Part shown: positions 56,873 through 64,000 of the stretch, one piece after another
Layout of the letters: each line of letters opens with the position of its first letter
Numbering within the stretch: position 1 is the stretch's first letter
From: Nitrososphaerota archaeon
Lineage (GTDB): Archaea > Thermoproteota > Nitrososphaeria > Nitrososphaerales > Nitrosopumilaceae
DNA: 64,000 nt
Assembly: GCA_028867755.1 (NCBI GenBank)
Contig: JAGWFT010000001.1
Coordinates: 196,727 to 260,726, forward strand
Direction of reading: 5' to 3'
Notes under the pieces: model-generated
Told to the model about the DNA's origin: nothing
The model's input: only the letters and a program-made list of their open reading frames with translations
The model's database searches: none
Made by a program: the position numbers and the translations under genes

Positions 56873-59014
56873 ATGAGCGAAATTATATTAAGAATTGCAG
56901 AGGCGTCACAACGACATGTAGGCAAAGGAATTGCCGTAGTTGATCCAAAAGTTGTTGAAGGCAACAACTGGGAAACAGGCAATATCCTGGAGCTAATAGG
57001 GAATAGAAAAAGCCATGCAAAGCTATGGCCAGGCTCTGCCGAGCAATATGGGACTGGAATCATAAAGATAGATGGAATCACAAGACAAAACATTGGTTCT
57101 GGAATAGGAGAAAAAATTTCCATAAAGAAAGTTGATGCACAGAAAGCTGAACAAGTTACACTCTCTCCAATTGAAAAGCTAAGCGCCGAAGGCCTGCAAG
57201 AATACATGCAAGCAAATTACATCGGGCATGTATTGACTACTGGGGATACTCTTATAGTAGCTACACAACTTGGTGGAAAAACCCAACTCGTGGTAACAAA
57301 CACTGCACCATCTGGTAAACCTGTCATAGTTTCCGAGAAGACTGAGTTCAAGCTAGGATCGATGACAAAAGCCATTGACAACTCAGTCCCTAGGATCACA
57401 TATGATGATCTGGGTGGCCTCAAAAATGAGGTGCAGAAGATACGCGAGATGGTGGAACTTCCCATGAGACATCCTGAATTGTTTGAGAAGATTGGAGTTG
57501 AGGCACCCAAAGGAGTACTGCTTTATGGACCGCCAGGCACTGGAAAGACACTGCTAGCAAAGGCTGTTGCAGGTGAGACAAATTCTCACTTTATCTCAAT
57601 TAGTGGACCTGAGATAATAGGCAAATTCTATGGTGAGAGCGAGGAAAGATTGCGTGAACTATTCAAGCAGGCTGAAGAAAATACTCCAAGCATAATTTTC
57701 ATAGACGAGGTTGACTCGATCGCGCCAAAACGGGAGGAAGTAACAGGCGAGGTGGAAAAAAGAGTGGTATCGCAGTTGTTGACACTAATGGACGGAATGA
57801 AATCAAGGGGCAAGGTAGTAGTAATTGCTGCCACTAACAGGCCAGACTCGATTGATCCAGCACTTAGAAGACCTGGCAGATTTGATCGTGAAATCGAAAT
57901 AGGAATACCAGACACTGCTGGAAGAAAAGATATACTTGATATCCATACGCGCGGAATGCCGCTTGATGAAAAGGTAAAGCTTGAACAAATTGCCAAGGTG
58001 ACTCATGGATTTGTTGGAGCTGACCTTGAGATTCTTGCAAAAGAAGCTGCAATGAGATCTCTGCGAAGAATATTGCCTGATATTGATCTAGAAGAAGAAA
58101 AAATTCCAGCAGAAGTTTTGCAAAGAATTGTGATTACTGAAAATGACTTTAAAGATGCACTAAAAGAGGTTCGACCATCTGCGCTAAGGGAAGTTCTAGT
58201 TCAGGTGCCCAATGTTACATGGGAAGATATTGGTGGATTAGAATCGTTAAAGGACGAGCTTCATGAGGCAGTAGAGTGGCCTCTAAAACACAAAAATGCA
58301 TTTGAGTATACAGATGTCAAGGCACCAAAAGGAGTACTGCTTTATGGACCACCAGGCACTGGAAAGACGCTAATTGCAAAAGCAGTTGCCTATACAACAG
58401 AATCTAATTTCATAAGCATCAAGGGCCCAGAATTGCTCTCAAAATGGGTTGGCGAATCAGAAAAAGGAATACGCGAGATCTTCAGAAAAGCACGTCAGGC
58501 TGCACCATGCATAATATTTCTCGATGAGATGGATTCTCTAGCTCCTAGCAGAGGCTCTGGCAGTTCAGATTCAAACGTTACAGAAAGAATAGTATCACAA
58601 CTCTTGACAGAGATTGATGGTCTTGAAGAGTTGAATGATGTATTGGTGATTGGAGCTACCAACAGAGTGGACTTGATAGACAGCGCATTGCTAAGACCAG
58701 GCAGATTTGACAGAATACTTGAAGTATCATTACCAGACCCAAAGGGGCGCGAACACATCTTTAAGATACACACAAAAAACAAGCCAATTGCAAGCAACAT
58801 AGATTTTGCAAGATTGGTAAAGATAGCTGATGGATTCAGTGGCGCAGAAATTGAAGGTGTATGCAACAGGGCTGCAATGAGTGCAATAAGGAGATACGTT
58901 AACAATGGAGAAAAATCGGTCAAATCAATAAAGATAACTCAAGAAGACTTTGAAAATGCAATAGAAAAATTGCGACCAAGAAAGATCAATCCACTACAAG
59001 CTATGACATTATAG
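56873..59014 (+). CDS. cdc48: CDC48/VAT AAA+ ATPase
   Basis: Two GPPGTGKT Walker A motifs, [12 protein letters not shown]-domain. Confidence 0.96.
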   Translation: MSEIILRIAEASQRHVGKGIAVVDPKVVEGNNWETGNILELIGNRKSHAKLWPGSAEQYGTGIIKIDGITRQNIGSGIGEKISIKKVDAQKAEQVTLSPIEKLSAEGLQEYMQANYIGHVLTTGDTLIVATQLGGKTQLVVTNTAPSGKPVIVSEKTEFKLGSMTKAIDNSVPRITYDDLGGLKNEVQKIREMVELPMRHPELFEKIGVEAPKGVLLYGPPGTGKTLLAKAVAGETNSHFISISGPEIIGKFYGESEERLRELFKQAEENTPSIIFIDEVDSIAPKREEVTGEVEKRVVSQLLTLMDGMKSRGKVVVIAATNRPDSIDPALRRPGRFDREIEIGIPDTAGRKDILDIHTRGMPLDEKVKLEQIAKVTHGFVGADLEILAKEAAMRSLRRILPDIDLEEEKIPAEVLQRIVITENDFKDALKEVRPSALREVLVQVPNVTWEDIGGLESLKDELHEAVEWPLKHKNAFEYTDVKAPKGVLLYGPPGTGKTLIAKAVAYTTESNFISIKGPELLSKWVGESEKGIREIFRKARQAAPCIIFLDEMDSLAPSRGSGSSDSNVTERIVSQLLTEIDGLEELNDVLVIGATNRVDLIDSALLRPGRFDRILEVSLPDPKGREHIFKIHTKNKPIASNIDFARLVKIADGFSGAEIEGVCNRAAMSAIRRYVNNGEKSVKSIKITQEDFENAIEKLRPRKINPLQAMTL

Positions 59015-59027
59015 CTTATATGATTAA

Positions 59028-60104
59028 ATCAAGTTAAAAGAAACAACGGCAAAAGAAGCAATTCTGTATCAAAAACTACCTGACGACAAGGTAAGGTGTA
59101 CAGCTTGTGCTAGGTATTGCGAGATTGGAAAAAACCAGATTGGTCTTTGTGGTATAAGAGCAAACAACAACGGCAGACTTGATCTTTTGGCTTATGGAAA
59201 AGTAATAACTGGTCATGTTGACCCAATCGAGAAAAAACCTGTAACACATTACAGGCCTGGAACCAGCATATTTTCCATTGCTACTACGGGCTGCAACTGG
59301 CTTTGCAAATATTGTCAGAATTATGATATCAGTCAGAGAAGGAAGATTGAGGGAACCGATATGACGCCTGAAGAGGTGGTAAGCATGGCTAAAAGCTCAG
59401 GCTCTCAAGGCATTGCATACACATACAACCAACCATCGATCTTCATCGAGTTTGCAAGAGATTGTGGTGTAATTGCAAGAAGAAATGGATTATTCAACAT
59501 ATTTGTATCAAATGGTTACGACACCCCGGAGACTGTACACATGATGAAAGAGTTTCTTGACTGCATAACAGTAGACTTTAAGGGAAATGCAGAGCCGCAA
59601 TTTACACGAAGATATGTCGGCGTTCCAGATCCTCAACCTATCTTTGATACTCTCAAGGAAATAAGAGACAAGACAACAATTCATGTGGAAATCACTGATC
59701 TAATAGTCCCCCAGGTGGGCGATGACTTGGAGCATGCAGTTAAACTTTGCAAATTTATTTATGATGAATTTGGGCCTGACATGCCAATTCATTTTCTAAG
59801 ATTTCATCCAGATTACAAAATGATGGAATTTGAATCAACACCAATCAAGACACTTGAGAAACACCATGCAGTGGCAAAAAAAGAGGGCCTCAAGTATGCC
59901 TATCTGGGAAATGTCCCAGGACATCACCTTGAGCATACGTATTGTCCAGAATGCAAAAAAATTGTAGTAAAAAGATATGGCTTTGATATCCAAGGATGGT
60001 ATCTTGATGATAACAACAACTGCAAGTTTTGTGGTAACAATATACCAATAACAGGAAAGCTGACAGAAAATTACAAGCAGAACAGATTCCAGTTTGTGTT
60101 CTAG
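59028..60104 (+). CDS. amrS: AmmeMemoRadiSam system radical SAM enzyme
   Basis: HVDPIEKKP..GCNWLCKYCQN; frame extends 53 codons upstream of the ORF-track start and contains KEAILYQKL..CTACARYC. Confidence 0.85.
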   Translation: MKLKETTAKEAILYQKLPDDKVRCTACARYCEIGKNQIGLCGIRANNNGRLDLLAYGKVITGHVDPIEKKPVTHYRPGTSIFSIATTGCNWLCKYCQNYDISQRRKIEGTDMTPEEVVSMAKSSGSQGIAYTYNQPSIFIEFARDCGVIARRNGLFNIFVSNGYDTPETVHMMKEFLDCITVDFKGNAEPQFTRRYVGVPDPQPIFDTLKEIRDKTTIHVEITDLIVPQVGDDLEHAVKLCKFIYDEFGPDMPIHFLRFHPDYKMMEFESTPIKTLEKHHAVAKKEGLKYAYLGNVPGHHLEHTYCPECKKIVVKRYGFDIQGWYLDDNNNCKFCGNNIPITGKLTENYKQNRFQFVF

Positions 60105-60790
60105 AGTGCAACAGCTCTAACAGGGGAGCCAGTAGCGCCCTTTAGCTTGAGGGGCAATACTGTGAGCTTGAAAGTAGTCCTTTTGATCCTGTCAAGATTA
60201 CACAGGTTTTCTAAAATCAAAACATTGTTCTTCAATAATACATGATGGGCAGAATACTTTGAATCCTTTCCCAAATCAATGCTAGGCGAGTCTATGCCTA
60301 TGAGATTAATTTTCTTTTCTGAAAGATACTTTGCTGCACTTGCTGAAAGCCCTGGATTTTTTGTGAAATAGTCCTTTCTTGTTATGTTTTTTGCCCATCC
60401 AGTCCTGAAGATTATGGTTGAATTTGGTGATATCTTGCCATTTCTTGCCTCAAAGGCAACAATATCGCTTTGGGTGATTGACCCGTTAGGACCCTTTTTT
60501 ATATTGCATAAAATTGCAGTGGTAATCAACCGGCTAAGGGGAATGCTGTCTATCTTGAACCCTTTTTCTATAAAGTGATACGGTGCATCAAGATGGGTCC
60601 CAGAATGAGAACTAAAGAAAATTAATTCAAGATTGTATCCGTCGGACTTTTTATCTGCCCATGAAATGAATTGAGGGCGTGGAGAACCTGGAAAACTTGG
60701 AAGCTTGTTTGAAATTTCAAGTGTTAGGTCAATTGGTTCCACCAAATTAATTGGAACTGGTGATAAATCAATTTTGATATTCATAACCAA
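60101..60790 (-). CDS. Cyclase family metal hydrolase (kynurenine formamidase-like)
   Basis: HSGTHLDAPYH, GIDSPSID, ENL, GSPVRAVA. Confidence 0.9.
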   Translation of the reverse strand: MVMNIKIDLSPVPINLVEPIDLTLEISNKLPSFPGSPRPQFISWADKKSDGYNLELIFFSSHSGTHLDAPYHFIEKGFKIDSIPLSRLITTAILCNIKKGPNGSITQSDIVAFEARNGKISPNSTIIFRTGWAKNITRKDYFTKNPGLSASAAKYLSEKKINLIGIDSPSIDLGKDSKYSAHHVLLKNNVLILENLCNLDRIKRTTFKLTVLPLKLKGATGSPVRAVAL

Positions 60791-60821
60791 AGGTTAAATA
60801 TTGTGCGGCGAGAATTACTTT

Positions 60822-61079
60822 ATGCCAACTACTTACATCTTGATAAATTCTGATCTAGGTTCTGATATGGAGATAATTCAGAAGATAAAGGACATGCTGA
60901 GCAAGGAAAGCTCTGTAAAATATGAGGTTCAGGGAGTCTATGGTGTTTATGACATAATAATCAAGATCAGTGCAAACTCGATGGATCAGTTAAGAAGCAT
61001 GATAACTGATAAGATAAGAAAGATAGACAAGGTCTACTCTACCCTTACAATGATGGTAATAGAAGAGCAGGAAAAGTAA
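60822..61079 (+). CDS. Stand-alone Lrp/AsnC ligand-binding (RAM) domain protein
   Basis: MPTTYILIN..VYGVYDIIIKI..IRKIDKVYSTLTMMV. Confidence 0.85.
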   Translation: MPTTYILINSDLGSDMEIIQKIKDMLSKESSVKYEVQGVYGVYDIIIKISANSMDQLRSMITDKIRKIDKVYSTLTMMVIEEQEK

Positions 61080-62228
61080 CTAGTCTCTTTTCAGCGCGTC
61101 AATTACCTGTAAAATCTCTGATTCTGTATTGAAAAAGTGCGGCGAAGATCTAATCACTTTCTTGGAAAATATCTCTCGCACAGCAAGTATCATGTTTTCC
61201 TTTTCAAGCCTCTTGACTACTAATTCGGGGTTCTTGCCCTCGATGGCAAAAGAGACTATGCTTGTTCTCCTGTTGTCCTCTTGGGGTCCAAACAGGGTAA
61301 TGCCTCGCATCCTTGATAGCTCCTCACGCATCATGTTTGCAAGTTTGATGTTTTGGCTTCTTATCTTATCAATGCCTATCTTGAGAAGAAAGTTCACAGA
61401 TGCCTCAAGCCCTGCAGCTCCTACCCAATTGCGAAATCCTGCCTGAAACCTTGCAGGCATTTCCTTGTGGACTATCTTATTATCATGAAAAATTGCAGAC
61501 TCACCACCCACCTGTAGTGGCTCTATCAACTCGCTTGATTCTTTTTTGCAAAAAAATATTCCCATGCCCATCGGGCCACACAACCACTTTGAGCCATTAA
61601 AAGACATGAAATTGCATTTTATCTTGTTTACATCAACATCATTGATGCATCCAACCGTTTGCGCAGCATCAATAAAGTAAGGTATGTTTTTTTCTGCAAG
61701 ATAGTTGCCTATCTCTTCCACCGGAAGGATTGCCCCGGTGTTAAACAACGCATGGCTTAGGACAACAAGCTGTGTGTTGTCATCTGTCATCTTCTTTAAC
61801 GAGTCAAGATCAAAATATCCAGTCTCATCAATAGATATCTCCCTTAGCTCTATTTTTTGACCAGCCCTTACCCAAGGATAGTGGTTTGCAGGATGTTCAT
61901 GATTTGAACCCCGTGTTATGATGTTGGATTTTGGCTTGAATTTCATACCATTAGCTACAAAGTTTATCCCATCAGTCACGCTTTGCGTTAGAATTACTTC
62001 TTCATGGCTGCACTTGATTATCTTTGAAATTGATTTACGCAGGTTGTTAAGCCGCTCTTTTACATAATTGTCTGACAATTCAGAATCAGGGCCATATTCA
62101 TTATATTTTACCAGAAAATCATTCATTGTTTCTATGCCAGTTCTTGGCATTCGTGATGTGGATGCATTGTTTAGATAAATTCTAGCCCGGTAGGGAAATT
62201 CTTGTGCAAAGTCAGAGCTCAAGTTCAT
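61080..62228 (-). CDS. Class V PLP aminotransferase/lyase
   Basis: YLNNASTS, EHPAN, DAAQ, NGSKWLCGP. Confidence 0.88.
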   Translation of the reverse strand: MNLSSDFAQEFPYRARIYLNNASTSRMPRTGIETMNDFLVKYNEYGPDSELSDNYVKERLNNLRKSISKIIKCSHEEVILTQSVTDGINFVANGMKFKPKSNIITRGSNHEHPANHYPWVRAGQKIELREISIDETGYFDLDSLKKMTDDNTQLVVLSHALFNTGAILPVEEIGNYLAEKNIPYFIDAAQTVGCINDVDVNKIKCNFMSFNGSKWLCGPMGMGIFFCKKESSELIEPLQVGGESAIFHDNKIVHKEMPARFQAGFRNWVGAAGLEASVNFLLKIGIDKIRSQNIKLANMMREELSRMRGITLFGPQEDNRRTSIVSFAIEGKNPELVVKRLEKENMILAVREIFSKKVIRSSPHFFNTESEILQVIDALKRD

Positions 62229-62254
62229 TATTATATTACAATTTGGTACCTATT

Positions 62255-62869
62255 GTGTTGTTTAAAAATCATAACAATGAATCTGAGAATTCTCCAAAAT
62301 TAAAAGACATTCTTTCACAAGTACAGATTAACTCTGTTTTGTATTCTGATCCATTTCTCAAAGCAGGATTCATATCAAAACTTGTCAGTGAGATGAAAAC
62401 TGATGTATTGTACTTGGATCTTGATTTGTTGTACAGTGGATATGTCATATCTGGCACAATCCCGTCACAAGAAAATCTTATCTTGTATCAGCCTTCTGAG
62501 CATACAATTAGCGATATACTAACAAAAATTTTAGTCAAGGCAAGTACGTCTCAAGTGCTAGTCATAATAGACTCAATCAATGGTCTCTTCAACATATTAA
62601 ATCACAAAAAAGAAGTTGGAAAGGTGGTAGCCTCAATTGTTGTGCTACTTGCAAGCATCACCCGTGTTACCAAATCATATATCGTCATATCCAGTATGGC
62701 AAGATACAAAAAAGAAGAAGGTTGGGTTTTGTCTCCAACTGGAAAACGATTCATCGAGACAAAAAACAGCAAGAAAATTTTGCTTGAACAGGGAAAGGAA
62801 GGAATCATTGTAAATCTTTTGGATGATTCAAGCAAAATTTTGCTTCCAGCAAGCTCTATTCTGATCTAG
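62255..62869 (+). CDS. Degenerate RecA/RadB-fold protein
   Basis: VLYLDLD and LVIIDSINGL (Walker B-like); Walker A position reads YSDPFLKA; start GTG 62255 inferred. Confidence 0.55.
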   Translation: MLFKNHNNESENSPKLKDILSQVQINSVLYSDPFLKAGFISKLVSEMKTDVLYLDLDLLYSGYVISGTIPSQENLILYQPSEHTISDILTKILVKASTSQVLVIIDSINGLFNILNHKKEVGKVVASIVVLLASITRVTKSYIVISSMARYKKEEGWVLSPTGKRFIETKNSKKILLEQGKEGIIVNLLDDSSKILLPASSILI

Positions 62870-63147
62870 TCAAGTCTCTTGATTATGTGATATCCAAACT
62901 GTGTTTTTACAATATCAGAAATTTGGCCTTTTTCCAATGTAAATGCAGCCTTCTCAAACTCTTTTACCATGACACCACGTCCAAAAAGACCCAAATCCCC
63001 ACCTCTCTTTTTTGAGACATCGATTGAATACTGCTGGGCAAGCTTTGAGAAGCTCTCGCCGCTTGATAATTTTGTTTTGATCTCTTGAGCCACACTCAAC
63101 TTTTCTACCAGTATGTGCGCACAGTGAATCTTGGTTACCATTATCAA
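62866..63147 (-). CDS. Parvulin-type peptidyl-prolyl isomerase
   Basis: HCAHILV, RGGDLG, MVKEFEKAAF, QFGYHII. Confidence 0.93.
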   Translation of the reverse strand: MIMVTKIHCAHILVEKLSVAQEIKTKLSSGESFSKLAQQYSIDVSKKRGGDLGLFGRGVMVKEFEKAAFTLEKGQISDIVKTQFGYHIIKRLD

Positions 63148-63315
63148 CAGGTTGTTGGCAAATTATAAAAAATCCTCGGTCAAAACTAAGTCTCTTATTC
63201 TAAGTTTTTAGAATGAGCCGATCAAAATCTAACACTGTTATAAAATTCCCAAACGCCGTTATAACATCGATTTTCTCAGCAAGTTATATTAAGATCTGTT
63301 CGCGAAGTACTAAAC

Positions 63316-63615
63316 ATGCCAGTTGGAATTATTCCAGATATCGGCGAACAAATGTGCATAGGATGTGCACTCTGCGTAGAGATTTGTACATCACTAGGCC
63401 CAGACGTATTAAGAGTAAAACCAGTAGAGGGCTGGAAGAGAGGTAAAGCATTTGTATTTTATCCAGAGAGATGCATCTCAGACGGTGCATGCATCGGCGT
63501 TTGCCCAACAAAGGCAATCTTCTGGATGAGACCAATGGACTTTACTCCAGGACAGCCAGTCCCACTATACAGAAACTCTGTATTCGTCAAAGGTTGGACT
63601 GAACTAGTCGAATAG
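63316..63615 (+). CDS. 2x[4Fe-4S] ferredoxin
   Basis: CIGCALCVEIC and CISDGACIGVCP. Confidence 0.9.
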   Translation: MPVGIIPDIGEQMCIGCALCVEICTSLGPDVLRVKPVEGWKRGKAFVFYPERCISDGACIGVCPTKAIFWMRPMDFTPGQPVPLYRNSVFVKGWTELVE

Positions 63616-63693
63616 GTCTAACATTAACTCCTTTTTATTATTCTCACCCTAACCTTCGGTTTCTAAATATATGGAATGGAATAATCTCTAGCA

Positions 63694-64000
63694 ATGAGCA
63701 AACCAGGAAATCTCTGGAGAAAAGTACACGGCAAAATTGCAAAAAAACCTACCAACTTTAGTTGGCTACTTGACAACGAGCTTGCTGGTAGCGGGATGCC
63801 AACCACACCATCAGAAATTAACTGGGTGGTAAAGCAGGGAGTCAAATCAATAATTACAATGACAGAAGAATCCTTGCCGGATTCATGGGTGAAAGATATC
63901 AAGTACTTGCACGTGCCAACAGAAGATCTCTCAGCTCCTGACATGGAACAAATTGATCAAGCAGTAGAGTTCATCTACGAAAGAATTCAAAATAATGAGC
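63694..64000 (+). CDS. Dual-specificity protein phosphatase, 5' part (runs off window)
   Basis: Manual translation MSKPGNLWRK..NFSWLLDNELAGSGMP..GVKSIITMTEE..YLHVPTEDLSAP. Confidence 0.85.
   Translation, partial: MSKPGNLWRKVHGKIAKKPTNFSWLLDNELAGSGMPTTPSEINWVVKQGVKSIITMTEESLPDSWVKDIKYLHVPTEDLSAPDMEQIDQAVEFIYERIQNNE

Noticed and set aside
4055-63944. Numerous 60-140 aa ORF-track entries overlapping recognised genes on the opposite strand or in other frames
   Set aside because: Shadow ORFs: fully overlap well-supported genes and show no domain motifs

Overview
64-kb window of an ammonia-oxidising archaeon (Nitrososphaerota/Thaumarchaeota; Nitrosotalea-like is an inference from gene content and AT-rich composition). 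It is mostly core genome: folE/queE, cdvB (ESCRT-III), tfb, prs, Trm11-like methyltransferase, rnz, cobB, thpR-cca-RIO-like kinase, alkA, XPD/DinG helicase, tRNA-Pro(GGG), GINS, glnA, thermosome, glyA, both PolD subunits, GGGP synthase, cdc6 with an ORB-containing origin, cbiE, hsp20-cdc48, amrS, parvulin and a ferredoxin, interspersed with lineage-specific secreted proteins. No CRISPR array, transposase, integrase or intein was seen. The most unusual signals are mostly non-coding or below the ORF-track cut-off. (1) A ~190-nt multibranch structured RNA candidate with its own TATA-like box lies next to cdvB. (2) Three ~85-nt hairpin elements end in CCACGC, and a second 47-bp repeat occurs twice. 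(3) A dense one-strand GTGA motif array sits beside four origin-adjacent DNA-binding genes, one membrane-anchored, suggesting an origin-tethering or segregation module; TTAACA iterons lie inside oriC. (4) A TGTGGTTCAC motif occurs three times around cdvB, near an unannotated 36-aa C2H2 zinc-finger gene. (5) Notable proteins include a surface-anchored HNH-like nuclease, a triple cupredoxin with Cys-to-Asp at every copper site, and genes whose conserved N-termini lack a canonical start codon. All folds, counts and family calls were made by eye; no database searches were run.
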